From assembly GCF_006345805.1 (NCBI RefSeq), contig NC_043005.1, positions 56,296,001 to 56,360,000 of the forward strand: a stretch of DNA of 64,000 bases, given 5' to 3'. The notes under the pieces are model-generated. The model made no database searches. It was not told the DNA's origin and saw only the letters and a list, made by a program, of their open reading frames with translations. A program made the translations under genes and the position numbers. This document shows, one piece after another, positions 1 through 13,691 of this stretch (the first letter of the stretch is position 1; each line of letters begins with the position of its first letter). This DNA is from Octopus sinensis. Taxonomy: Eukaryota.

Positions 1-365
1 GAAAATCTCTTTAAAATAAGAGACTCCCCTTTATTAAAAAGAAAATGAATGATAATCTAATAATCATATAAGCTTCTTAAGAAATGTTTTAAGGAGTTTT
101 TTGTCATGTGGAAGAATTCTGAATCTCATTTACTTCATTAAACACTGTTTTTTTTTTTGTTTTTATTACATTGCCACACATTCTCAAAGGGTTCAGGTCA
201 AGGTACTATACTGACCATGTCATTTGAGAAATATGTTTATTACTTTACATTTTCACTGAGCTTTCTGCTAAGATCTATGGGAAGTGGCATTTAACAGCTT
301 GGTAGATGAATGGGTTATTTCAAAATATATTGGCAACTACTTGCCACAAACGAGTGTGAAATTAT

Positions 366-464
<99 letters not shown>

Positions 465-2099
465 CAGAAGAAATTCACTTCATCTGACCCAGTAATATCA
501 ACTCTACCATATGTGGTACATACCCAAAACATATAGTTTACTTTTGTTGGAATTCTCTCTTGGTTCAAAAACAATATGGTTTCCATTTCTAATAAGGTTT
601 TCTCAAAGCAAAATCAGATTTGCTTTTTCCAATGACTTTTGGGATTTTTCTTCAGAAAAGTTCCATATTCTGCCATTGGTTCATTGTCCTGTGTCCTTTT
701 ATTAACCTTGCACCATAAACTCGCCTCTGACCAGACTGTTGATTTTTCTTTTTAACAAACTGAGAAAGGCTACCAAATTTTGCAATTCTTGTAACCGTCC
801 TTGTATGATCTTCCATTGAGCTATTCTCATGGAAACAAGCTGAGGTTCTGTTTTGTTAAATACTCATGTATTACCATTACAAACATTTAAAATTATTCTT
901 TGAGTTTCTTTTACTAAGTGTAAATATTTTCCAGTACCCATCTGGTCAATACAGCCAGTTGTGGCTCACCATTTTGAGGGTTATTTTTTAACCCTTCTTC
1001 ATGTTTCAAATTTCTTCAGTATCTTTGTCATGGTAGACAGTGATAATGACATGTCAAATACTCAGGCCGTTTCTGGTTATATATAGTATCAGTATCTCAT
1101 TTCATATCAAAGATACAATAACTTTACTCGGACATCTATTGTCAGTTTACCACCAACCCCAAACCCCCACCACCCTGGCTACAACCACTAGATTTAGATT
1201 AAGCATGATTACATTATGTGAAATTTTATCACCCACTCATACCAATGTCATCCATTGTAAAATAAAATAAAACAATATCTCATTTCATTTCTTTGTCCTT
1301 GAAGACGTTTGAATTTTCAAATAGATGGTCTTGTGTTAAAATTGAAATTATGAGAAAAAAGAAAAACAAAACAAAAAAACCACAACATTGTGTGTGTGTG
1401 TGTGTACATTTATGCCTGTTAATCAATATACCTATATACATACCATTTTGCAATATTTTTCTTTCCATTCTTTTTTTTTTCAAGATACAGTAAAGATTTA
1501 TTAAATGTTATAATATAGGATGAGTGCTTTAACATAGTATCCTAATATAATCTAGTAACCTAATATCATATTATAGAAAAAAAATTGATACATATATAAA
1601 CCTAATTTCCAGCTATGCTATGTTTTAGCTTCCTCTATACCAAACTAATAATAATAATTTTTTTCCTAATGTGGCTCAAGGCCAGAAATTTTAATAATAA
1701 TAATAATTCATTAAAAATAGATATAACAATCCTCTCAAGTACGAAAAAGCCCAGCTATGGAAAATGAAGAAGGTGTAGTGGATCTTGCATGCATGAAGTG
1801 GATTCGATCCACCACAGCCAAATTTAAATTAGCACTGCTACAGAACTTTTCCCATGGTGGAATAATGGTTTTTCTCTGATAGCAGTTTTACATTTTCCAG
1901 ATGCCTTTAGCTAGGCTGAAATAATGTCTTCACCACTTGACCTTTTCTAACCTCTTCTACTTCACTAAAAGCTAGAATAGAGATAACAAGACCACCAACT
2001 AAATCTATTGTTCTCATTGATATATCTATCCTTCTAGATAGTTATATAAGCAAGCATACCCCTGGCAAAAACCAGTTTGTCACAGTTGTGACGACTCAA

Positions 2100-2350
2100 C
2101 GAAGTCTGGCTGACCAGCTAGAACATTGGTCAGAGGGAGAAAGCAACTGTGAGACAAAGGCAGTATCAGAAGGCATCAAGAGGAATATAAAGTAAATCAG
2201 AATAGAGTGCCCAGTAGAACTGTTACAAATGGTTTGCTTCCTTAGCACAGTCAGAATAATCAGGAAAGTATTAGATAGTTGAAAAGAACAGATAGCATGG
2301 TACTGTAGACTACAGGCAGAAAGCCTGTTATTCATGCAAGACTTCAGGAC
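2100..2350 (+). mobile_element. 3' end of an R4/Dong-like LINE (RLE C-terminus)
   Basis: IRIECPVELLQMVCFLSTVRIIRKVLDS* (ends 2281) resembles the ELLQK..LLGTARILRKVL C-terminus. Confidence 0.55.
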
Positions 2351-2596
2351 TTACAACAAAACCTGTGATAAAAAGAATAAATAATAATGATACAAAAATT
2401 TTATCTATAAAATATAGCATTAATTTCATTATAAAATCTAATTTTATTTTATGTAATTTTATGGGGTAGACTTTAATTTGTTCAAAATTTTGTTAGGTAA
2501 GTTTAAATTTACTATCCCAAAATTTTGAATTTAATGAAAAGATATTACAGTCAGTTAAAATTGCCTCTAAGAAGCCCATGTGTGTATGTGTGCTTC

Positions 2597-2637
<41 letters not shown>

Positions 2638-4507
2638 TGTTGAACTTTAAATTTTGTAAAATTCTTAGAATTTAATAATCAGTACCAAATGAAATGTTTT
2701 TTTTATATGAAGCCATGGAATTCTAGAAGAATAATTCTTATAGTAAAAGCATGGGAATATTCCTTTCATTAAAACTAAAATCAATAATTTTTTCAATTAC
2801 TTTCTAATAAAGTTACAAACTAGAATGGTTAGCTTTTAGAATTTAATTTTTAATGTCCACAATATTGGCATGCAAACTTGGATAAATTTTAAATACTTGG
2901 TGAGAGGAGGGTTAAAATGGAATTGGAATAATTTAGAATGCTGTTTATGATTTAAAGAAATTTTCAATAGCCATTAGGTTGAGGTGACATGCTGCTGGTT
3001 ACATGGTTGTGAGGTCAAGATAAGGTGTGGTTATGTCTACCTTGCAAAGATCTATGGATATGTTTGTTCTGGTGCATTTAATGGAAAAAACAGATTCCAT
3101 CCTTACTTTGTCAATTTGGAGTAGGAAAGGTACTCAGTCAGCAATACAGTTTCTTCATTAATAGAGAAAATTCTAGATTTACATAATACATTCTATCCAT
3201 AATGATTGTCCAGTGTGTTGTAGCCATCAAAGGAATGTTGACATCTTGCATTCGCTACACTTGGAGCTAAAAGTCTGCAAGATGTCACTCTGCAGTAGAA
3301 GCAATTGTTTTCAGCTGCATGGATTGGCACAACATGAAATATGTCTTACTCAAGGACACAATGCAATCTGGACTGCAAATTGAACCCATGATCTTATGAT
3401 CATAAGTCCAACAACCTAACCAATAGGCTGCTCACCTTCACATGCCATCCATAATAATACAGAAAAATACTTATTAGATAATGATTTTAAAATGACAATA
3501 GACAATCAATAAATTAATAAAGCTGAAAAGCTATATCTAAAGGAATATCCAGTTTGGAGGGTGTGGAAAATCTCTGTCTTAGCTTGCAAGAAATGTCAGA
3601 TATGAATCCATAAAAGTGAAGCATTTTCTCTGATAATAATAGATTTTACCCTTTAGCATTTAGATTACTCTGTGAAATGTAATGCTTATTTATTCACATT
3701 ATTTTGAATTAATTATGCATTATTTTTTGCCTTTAGTAGAAAGGATTATTATTATTATTATCGTTATTAAATCATCTGTAAGACTAGCCAAATTATGTTA
3801 TACTCCATTTGATAAATCAAGTTATAAACTTTACATATGCAAGTGGTATTATATAGAAATGAAAGAGTACTCTATATAGTGTAACAAGTAGAGTAAATAT
3901 TTCTTTATTTTTAAATATCATATATAAGTTAGTCGACTACTTTCCCATTGCTTCAAGTTTTGATGGTAAAAGCTGTCATTTGGGGGAAGAGTAGCAGCTA
4001 CTGGAGTCTGAAGCAAATTATGCAAGATTATAAGCATCTGAAGATTGCTGGTCATTCTGGCATGAAATTTGAAGTAGGTGAAATGTAAACTTTAACTTTA
4101 ATATATTGCACACACACACAAATATGTAATATATATATACATAATTAATTGACTGAGAAGTTACAAAAGTGATGGGAGGACCAAGAGTTCAGGGCATTGC
4201 ACTTTAATTTGATAAGTGCCTTGTCTAAAACTCCTAGTCCATGATCCAATTCCGTAACTTTCAAGCCAGTTAAAATTATACAATATATTAATGTTGTGGT
4301 GTTTTGTTTTGTTTTGTACTTTTTGTGTGGGGATATTATACAGTGATTAAACTTTATCTGATCTTGAACTCAGTGTGAAATAAATATGTTTATCGTAAGT
4401 GGTGACATTATATACATTTTGCTGGGCCAGAAGCTCTGACAAACCATCCAGTCTAGTGTAACTTTTATATATCTGTCACCTGTTTATGACTGTATATATA
4501 TACATGA

Positions 4508-4565
<58 letters not shown>

Positions 4566-4705
4566 ATATCTTTATTTATTGTTGGATGACAAAGGAACAG
4601 GAATTATGTAATTAACCTAAAGAAGTTGTTACTACATATAACTGTGTATATATTGAGGGTATTAATTTCAATATGCCTAAGCAAAATCATGAGTGTGTGA
4701 TATTG

Positions 4706-4752
<47 letters not shown>

Positions 4753-5283
4753 GTATATATAAATATATATAAATTTAATGAGTATATAGAGATAAATTAT
4801 CCAGGTGAGTACTGTATATGCACTCTGGTATAATCTGGGTTCAGGCTAATCACATTGAGTAGTAAAGAACACCTAAGATTACTTATGGTGAGCAATCTCA
4901 CTGTAATTCATCCAATGCGTAAATCCTGGAATCGCTTCACTGGACTATGAATATTTTCAGGAGTGTAAATCCGTAATAATTACAATGAATATGGAGACTG
5001 ATACACCAGTATATTTTCTTTTTTTAATTTTCATTTTTACAGTTAATTAAATGGCAGAATACGTGTTTCTGCTGCATAGCAAATATGCAGTTGCAAATGT
5101 GGCTTGAATTGAACCACATTTGTGGACAGACCTTGAATAAAGGTGCATAGTTGAAAATAGCTGATTGGAAATGCTGCAGAAACACGTGTCGGTCATATAT
5201 CAACCAATTATGCTGTATGATTAACTGTAAAAATTAAAATAAAAAATATGCAGATGTACTAATCTCCATACTCATTATAATTG

Positions 5284-5317
<34 letters not shown>

Positions 5318-5380
5318 ATAAAAATGGTAAGACAACAAAAGAATGAAAGAAACCTCGATATTATGTAAATAGAGGAATTT

Positions 5381-5550
5381 ATCTGTAAATGTAATATGTG
5401 ACAATTATTCGGTAGCCACGATGAAACTCCGAGCATTTTTTCCGCTGTCGGATAACTGAAGAGATGGTGGCGCGGATTTCCACCCCGGCATCCGAAACTC
5501 GGAGTTTTATCATGGCTACCGAATAATCATTACATATCACATTTACAGAT
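5381..5550. repeat. 53-bp imperfect inverted repeat enclosing the GC-rich hammerhead-like core
   Basis: atctgtaaatgt...actccgag (5381-5433) is complementary to ctcggagt...acatttacagat (5498-5550) with about 6 mismatches. Confidence 0.85.
5426..5505 (+). ncRNA. Type III hammerhead-ribozyme-like motif, probably impaired
   Basis: Stem III actccgag/ctcggagt; stem I hairpin tccg-ctgt-cgga; CTGAAGA (5456-5462); stem II GATG..CATC / GGTGG..CCACC; GAAA (5494-5497). Position 16.1 is C instead of U. Confidence 0.55.
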
Positions 5551-6113
5551 ATATATATATGTGTGTGTGTGTGTGTATAAGAAATCATTTAAGTGCTAAC
5601 ACATTTTTTTTCAATAGTAGTATCAAGTTATTTATGTAAAAAGAAATAAAAAGGAAAATCATAAGCAATACAAAACTTAATGTAAGTGATCTATTTTTTT
5701 ATTTTTGTTTCCTTGTATGAAATTTATGGTTATTTTGATAATTTTTGCATAGAAGAGAGAACATTTGTTAAAAATCATCTAAAATTTCAACATTTTTATC
5801 ATTTCGTTGCCAATGTTCTTGCCTATATAATTTTACAGATTTGCTTTCTTCCTTTCTGTTATGCTATATTTTGGATTAAACTCCATTCAAGAAAGATAGA
5901 TAAAATATATATATATATATCTATTGCTAAGTTCAATATGAGTGTGTTTATGATACCAATGTGCATTAAAAGAAATGAAGAGAAGTAGGGGAGGGGAAAC
6001 GTGTGAATTCTGAAAGATCTTGGTTGTGAAGAATTTGTGAAGAAGTTGTGATAACATAAAGAGTAATATATATGTGTATGTATATATGCATATATATATA
6101 TATATATATATAT

Positions 6114-6304
6114 TAAATTAGAGAAAAACCACTGTTATGTAATTCAAACAATGATAGACATAAACCAAATCATAAATAAAAAATAAAATATATTATAAAA
6201 CATAATCTGGTTATATGTTTTATAATATAGTTTATTTTTTATTTATGATTTGGTTTATGTCTATCATTGTTTGAATTACATAATAGTGGTCTTTCTCTAA
6301 TTTA
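6114..6304. repeat. AT-rich palindrome, about 91-bp arms with 9-nt loop
   Basis: Arms 6114-6204 and 6214-6304, about 3 mismatches, embedded in (TA)n. Confidence 0.88.
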
Positions 6305-6396
6305 TATATATTACATATTTACATTGTGAAATTTGATTTAATACTAAATTGAATTTTTCCCTGTAAGTTTGGAGTTATACTCCCTAATATTATTAT

Positions 6397-6427
<31 letters not shown>

Positions 6428-7289
6428 CTGTTTTTATTTTAGTTCAATTAAACTTGAGGCAGTCAGATATGGTTGAGGTGATGGTTTGAAATTTCAAGCC
6501 AGTCTCTTGTAGAAGTTGCTTGTGTATGGTGTGTGTGTGTGTGCACGCATGCGTGTTTCCTTTCTCATGCATATTTTTATGAGATTATGTTCAATATGTG
6601 ATCCTCTTCACGGATTAGTGATAAGTCAGAGGGGAATCTGTGCAAGGGTGATATTATGAATCCTACCTACACAGCTTCATACTACTATGACCCATATAAA
6701 AAGTTAATCTTTTACTGGTCCTATGCATGACCTGGTTGTAGACACATCACAAGACTCCACTATCGGTCAAAAGGAAAACGTGATTTTTCGTTGTTCTGTT
6801 TTTCAATTCATTAAAGCTCAGTTTCTATCAACATTTATTTCTTCTAGCAAAGAAAAAAAAAACATATTATTCTGTCTTTTTTAATTTAGACAGTTAATAT
6901 TGTTCCATATTGTTCAATAGTCATGAAGTAAAATGGTACAACAAATAAAGCACTATCAGGTTCAACTAGAACAAGCTAACATATATATTGACCCAGTTTG
7001 CTAGAAATAGCACCCAAAATTACATACACTCTTTCGTTTTAAAGATGGGCACATTGAATAATTTATTCCTAGATACACTTAGATTGAATAAAAATAACTG
7101 AATGGTCATGGTTGGAATGTCTTTGATAAAGTCTGTTCTATCAGTCTAACCTGGGGATCAAAGAAAGAAAATTAGAAATAAAATAGTAGGTATATCTCCC
7201 TCAAATTATGCTCCACATCTTCCTTTTTTCTTTAAAAAAAAAGGAGGTGATGAATACATTAGATAATGTAGTCATAGACAGAATGACAT

Positions 7290-7470
7290 AGGCATAGGAG
7301 TGGCTGTGTGGTAAGTAGCTTGCTTACGAACCACATGGTTCCGGGTTCAGTCCCACTGCGTGGCACCTTGGGCAAGTGTCTTCTACTATAGCTTCAGGCC
7401 GACCAAAGCCTTGTGAGTGGATTTGGTAGACGGAAACTGAAAGAACCCCGTCGTATATATCTATCTATAT

Positions 7471-7514
<44 letters not shown>

Positions 7515-7733
7515 ATATGTTTGTGTGTCTGTGTTTGTCCCCCCCCCCCAACATCGCTTGACAACCGATGCTGGTGTGTTACGTCCCTGTAACTTAGCGG
7601 TTCGGCAAAAGAGACCGATAGAATAAGTACTAGACTTACAAAGAATAAGTCCTGGGTTCGATTTGCTCGACTAAAGGCGGTGTCCCAGCATGGCCACAGT
7701 CAAATGACTGAAACAAGTAAAAGTGTAAAAGAG
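7290..7733 (+). mobile_element. Abundant tRNA-derived SINE (aggagtggctgtgtggtaag family) with internal microsatellite
   Basis: Pol III-like head tggctgtgtggtaag...ggttcagtccc. Near-identical copies at 9988 and 53921, and inverted at 59258 and 63667. Confidence 0.88.
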
Positions 7734-9987
7734 AATGTCTGAATGAAAGGGGAGGATCAGAGTTGGAACACCTGTTTGATCTGAACTGACTCAGGGCTAA
7801 ACAAGAACGGCCTACTTATCTGGAGGTTGAATATTTGTGTAAAAGAGATACTTCATATAAATAACTGTTATATTTTACATGCAGATTCATTAAAAAGAAA
7901 AAAGAAAAATAGAATTAATAATTAAAATTTATTATTTAGGTTTCTTTTATATTTTTAAAAAATCTTTTAACAACACATTGTTAATTTTTGATGCTTTAAA
8001 TTCTATGCTACCAAAAGGAAGAAATGATGAAATTGAAAACTTGAATGAACTCTAAATATACTTTCATTTTTACATTGTTCTATACAATCAAATATAATAT
8101 CTAGCAGTTGTTACAGCATTATTGACATTTGAATTATAAGTTGTGGTTAGCACTGCCATATGGCAAACAAGAGATTAAATTCTTGTTGGCAACCTTGCAA
8201 CTTCTGTCTTACTTTATATGTAAAACCATAGGTAGATATTTACAAACTGTGTTCACCATTGAGAAAGCAGCTTGTATGAGGAATCCTAGTTAAGTTGAGG
8301 CTTCTAATTTACATGGTTGAAGCTGTGAGGTGACTCTGGAGCATCGCCATATGGTTTACAACAGGCATGAAGTACAATTGGCATAAGTAATCTTGCAATT
8401 TTTTCTATCTATATATACATATGAAATGTGTATCTGTATGTATATATATATATATATGTGTGTGTGTGTATATATATGCACGCATGTGTGTATATATATA
8501 TATATTTATTTATATATATATACACACACACACACATTTCTGAGAAAAAACAGATATTTTCAAATCATTTTTACATGGAAAAGACCCATAAAATATAACA
8601 CATATAATTACAATTCAAACTTGTATTAATAACAAACCTAATTTCCTTTTTGGATATTAGCAACATGGTAGCTAATAAAAAGTAACATTTAATTGCTTCT
8701 GTTTTCAAAATCAATCAATTTGTCAACCTTGTTTTTAAAACTTTAGAACGTTTTCAAATTTTTTTTTTTCCTTAAAATCTTGAACTTTTAATTTAATCAT
8801 ATAGCAAACTCCTTCAGCAATAAACTATATCAGTTACAGGGAAACATTTTGGAGGGCTGCTAAATCTATTTTTTTCACATAAATATAGTTATTTTATAAA
8901 AACTCAAAGAAAATGAAAAAGTGAATTTTTGGAACAAGCACAGCTATAGCCATCATAGCAGTATTTTAGGCCATTATCAATGCACTGGGCTCAAAAGTAT
9001 GTATTGACAGCTTTAAGATGGTGCTGAATACAGTTGCTGTAAATTTTTCCACCTACCAAAAGTTTTCTTTGGATTCCTATGTCTTAAACACAGCTGTAAT
9101 TATTTCAAATAAGTAATTACATTTCTAGATAAAGAAATATAGGTGTTTCTAAAATTCATAATTAGATGAAAAGGTAGGCAGATAGGCTTTAAATATAACT
9201 AAAAATGTATATTTTATTACGATTTTTCCTTCATACATCTTTCAGAAGGCCACTCTTAACAAGTGTCCAACCTCTGAATTAGATCAGTAGTAAAGAATAA
9301 ATAAGTATAGAATCATGTCCATGTGTGTTTAGTCTCATTGTGAAATGAGGAGCTTGGCCTCTTTCTACAGCTTGGGATAAAACCTAAACTGACTAATTTT
9401 GTCATTATTTAATTCATTAAGATTGCTACTCCAGTATCAGATCAATAGCATTTTTTTTCTATAGACTAGCTTATTGTATACAATGCCCAGATGCACTACA
9501 ATTCACCAGAAAAAGAAAAAAGAGGGGTAAGAAAGCTACAATAAATTAAGAAAGCCAAAAGTGAATTCACAGAATAAAACGCAAAACACAGAAATTGAAT
9601 AGTAAGAGCCATAAAAATGGAAAGATGCAGTGTTCTAACAGCTAACAACCAACATTGGTAGTTTATTCTACCCTTTGACAATTCTAAGTGAAAATATTCA
9701 ATGTGCATTTGTTATAAATAAACTTGCTGTAAATTGTTTGATACAGTTCCGATCAGTTTGTTGTTCAGTGAAACTTAAGAAGAAAATCAAATATATCATA
9801 AAGTTAGGGCGCTAAAATAACTAGAAATCTTCCAATGGAAGAAGAGAAAGGTTTGTGCAATATTTACTCTTACTGTATTTTCTAATGTGAATGAAAGGTC
9901 AAAGATTTTGATGGCAGTAGTGACAAATAGTCTATTATATCAACCCTAGTACTTGTCAGATATTTTATTTTATCAACCTTATTTTAT

Positions 9988-10378
9988 AGGCGTAGGAGTG
10001 GCTGTGTGGTAAGTAGTTTGCTTACCAACCACATGGTTCCGGGTTCAGTCCCACTGTGTGGCACCTTGGGCAAGTGTCTTCTACTATAGCCTCGGGCCGA
10101 CCAAAGCCTTGTGAGTGGATTTGGTAGAAGGAAACTGAAAGAAGCCTGTCATATATATGTATATATGTATGTATATGTTTATGTGTTTGTCCCCCCAACA
10201 TCACTTGACAACCAATGCTGGTGTGTTTACGTCCCCGTAACTTAGCATTTCGGCAAAGAGATCGATAGAATAAGTACTAGGCTTACAAAGAATAAGTCCT
10301 GGGGTCAATTTGCTCGACTAAAGGCGGTGCACCAGCATGGCCACAGTCAAATGACTGAAACAAGTAAAAGAATAAAAA
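9988..10378 (+). mobile_element. Same SINE family
   Basis: Colinear with 7290-7733. Confidence 0.88.
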
Positions 10379-13335
10379 GGCAAAGTTGATCTCGGCACAA
10401 TTTGAACTTAGGATGTAAAGAACCAGAACAAATACCACAAGGTACTTTATTCAATGCTTTAACAATTCTGTCAATCCACTGTTAGTCTCTCTATTAATAA
10501 ACCCCAAATCTTTATATTGTATTTTCCAATATATAACTCAACATTATATTTGGTGTAAGCATTCAAACATCACTTCCTGCTGCATTTCACATGGAATTTT
10601 TGGTCTAAACAATGCAACTTGTAGGCTGGAAAATATGGTAATTAGCTCACCATGGTAAAATTAGAATATGGTTGATATCTTAAAGCATATTTTTGCTAAA
10701 ACTCAGTGTCGTGTCAAAAGAAATTTTGAGACAAAGACCATGGTATAATGGTGCTGCTAAGCGAGGTGCAATACAAAGTTGACTCAGTGAATATGCATTG
10801 AATATGAGAGGCAAAAATTGAATAAGGGGCTTTAACAGAAGACTGCATACCTACTGATAGTTTTTAGTGATTTGGCAAACATTATCCATTCAAATTTGAG
10901 CTTGTATTTTTATTTATTTATTTTTTTAAACTTATATAGTTTTCTTAATATTTAAGAAAATTCACAACTTGATATATCACAAACATGTGCTATTCTCCTC
11001 TTGTCAATGTAAAAATTCCAGGTTAACTAGCTTTTGTTAGCAACAGGTTGCAGGATATCTATAGTTATTCTATTAGACTGCAGTGATGAACACAGCTGCA
11101 TGTGGCACGAGTTAATTATTTCAACTGAATGATGTAAAAATACCAGATTGCTCAAATACAATTACTGAGCAAGGGAGCCTCCTATGTGGTTGCTCAACAT
11201 GCTAGAAACAGTCACCTTACTGTCTTAATACAAGGACACATTAGATAGTGAAGTACAACATGCTCCTAAAAATTTTTTTCAAGAAATGAATGGCCACAGC
11301 TGGAATATTTTTGATTGTAGGTCTGCTCCAGGAGAGCTAATCAACAAGAGAAGTTGAAATATTTGGAATTATATCTAAAGTTTTATTTTTTCTGTTTAAA
11401 CAGTTGACAGATCATCTCAAATAGTTCTCTCTCTCTCTCCCATATATATATATATATATATATATATGTTATGCAAAAGTCATTTGGTTCAGTTTTTTTT
11501 AACTAATTGTTACAATCTTAAAACAGAAATAAGGGTTGTTCTTTCCCTAACAAATATAAGTAGTCATGGTAACTAAACTGATTTAACCCATTTACCATGA
11601 CTGGGTTGTATCAATATTTATATTATTTTCATACATTTTTTTTTTCAAAACCTAACCACTGTTGACACTGTGAAACGTAAAAGTATAAAATGTAATGAAA
11701 ATTTGTCCAATAAATATTCTGAGATTCTTCCAACAAACCTATTATTGCACTAGTTTAATTATTATTTTTGTAATTGTGTAAAAAAAAATGTTTCCCTAAA
11801 AGAACATATTAAGATTACCCTTTTAATCAGATGACACATTCTACATAATTACATATCTGCAATTGCTCATGGCAGATCAGAAATGTTTTATAAATTTTTC
11901 AAAAACTACAGTCCAAGAGGTCACACATGACGTAAATTTATGGTTGACAGGAATCCATAATTTAACATTCTATGGTGTTTTTCTCTCATCTTCTAAAATC
12001 TTTCAAGCACTAAGCTCAAATGAAAAAGATTGCCTATGTGTTTTCAGAATTTGAACGAATTTAGTAAAAAAAAAAAAAATGAATTTAATTTAACCCTTTT
12101 GACACCAGCCTCCCTGAGGCTGCCGTTGGTTATATGATACAAACTTCCGATTTTAAAGTGATCTAAAATAAAAACCTTCCTTCAAAATTTGATGTTATGT
12201 TCCAAACATTAGTCTAATAACAAAGTTATTTCACGAAATTCTTCTTTGTTTTCTCTATTAATTGAAATAGTGACAGTATTTTTTAACAGAATTATGGTAA
12301 CAAAAGGGTTAAGGTTCTTAAAAAATAAGTTTAAATTTCAATATAATCTCAGCCAATTTCAAGCAGGATGATAATACGTTAAGCTCCAAATCAGATTTCA
12401 AGTACTTGCTCTTGATTAGCTAATTCAATTTTGACAGCACAAACTTCAGTCTTTACTAGGTTTTCTTGCTTGATCTGCAAGGGGCATTGTTTATGGCTTT
12501 GGAAGGACCTTTGATGTTGATGAGACTAACGCCGTTCAATTTCTCTCGAAAACCGTATTCAGCTTTCGCGGAAGAGAAAGTTATCCCCCCTTTACTTGAA
12601 TTATTTCCCTTAGACAAAAATCATTGCAAAGGGAACAAACTTTGCGAGCCTCATTAAATTGTCGCTATTTTCTACATATTCCATCAACATCGTTTTAATG
12701 TCCACATTCTGTGTTCGCATATTTCGGACAAAATTTATAGGGCGTATTTTCTAAGGCCGTATACCCTTCCTGTCATCAACCCTCACCTGTTTTCAAGTAA
12801 GAAAATTTTCCGCCCATGACCAGACATGTTTTTACAGATTAGAAGCAGACACTTGGATGGAAATCACACTCCTTTACACATAGAAGTATGCAGGTACGGA
12901 CACATACGCTCGTATACGAGAGGATTTTTTCAGTTTCCATCTACCAAATCTACTCACAAGGCTTTGGTCAGCCCGAGGTTAGAGTAGAAGACATTTGCCC
13001 AAGGTGCTACACAGTGGGACTGAACCTGGAATCATGTGGTTGGGAAACAAACTTCTTACCACATAATATAGTTTAAATAGGCAAGACTATTTTTCAGCAA
13101 AGGTCATAGCAATAACCTAGTTATCGTTTATAGTTTCGGCTACACACCTTACTGATTTACACCGAAAATGAAATAAAACCACCAGCCAAACAGTGGCCAG
13201 CAGGGTGCAGTAAACCTGGAAATGATACAGACCAAGGACATCTGACTGTCTAATTAAAAAGAGAAAATTGTAATTCATAGAAAGAGGGCTAGCACGAAGA
13301 AAAAAACACAGAAAAATATTAATGTATAACCCAAA

Positions 13336-13341
13336 TTTATT
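13336..13341 (-). promoter_or_regulatory. Probable Clc polyadenylation signal AATAAA
   Basis: tttatt on + (AATAAA on -) about 180 nt downstream of the stop codon. Positional inference only. Confidence 0.45.
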
Positions 13342-13519
13342 GACAAGTCTACAAATTCAGTTAACATAATCTATTGATTTTTGATCAATTACTTTCAAGG
13401 AATTAGTAATTGCTTCTAGTTTAAATTTCAACCATGACAACCAAAACAATAGTTTCACAAATCCTGATTCTTCTTTAACATTCTCATTAGCATACAACTA
13501 TTTCATGAGGCTACAATCT

Positions 13520-13691
13520 TCAGCGAACCAGAGGCGTTTGCTTCAACTGTAGCAATATTGATCTCATACGAGACACGTCTTTTGTGTTTTTGGAATGCTT
13601 AGGGTTGAAGTCACAAAGCCGACAGATTTTCTCCCATTCTTGACCAGCAATGCTCTCTTCACGATCCTTCAGGCTTGCTTCTTCTTGTGCC
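13520..13691 (-). CDS. Clc: Clathrin light chain, last coding exon (AQEEASLKDREESIAGQEWEKICRLCDFNPKHSKNTKDVSRMRSILLQLKQTPLVR*)
   Basis: atgtag| acceptor, phase 2 matching exon 4; TGA at 13522-13520. EWE..CRLCDFNPK...DVSRMRS.L..LKQ is the conserved C-terminus. The five exons sum to 624 nt = 207 aa + stop. Confidence 0.96.

Noticed and set aside
4038-4067. CTGAAGA...GAAA hammerhead-like core
   Set aside because: Stem II is closed by a T-T mismatch, and there is no credible stem III, UH site or stem I.
4900-4985. Possible decayed hammerhead (GAAAATATTC on minus strand)
   Set aside because: The CUGANGA core and stem I cannot be found.
8970-8996. 27-nt plus-strand microexon-like segment (AIINALGSK)
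   Set aside because: Weak acceptor and no identifiable host gene.
12400-12660. CpG-rich segment weakly resembling a hAT transposase C-terminus (SSAKAEYGF...INIKGP)
   Set aside because: Similarity is too short and interrupted to support a call without a database search.
12690-12830. ATG plus AG|gtgagg donor suggesting a new minus-strand gene
   Set aside because: It is the common SINE-associated tail also present at about 57420-57540 and 50300-50430.
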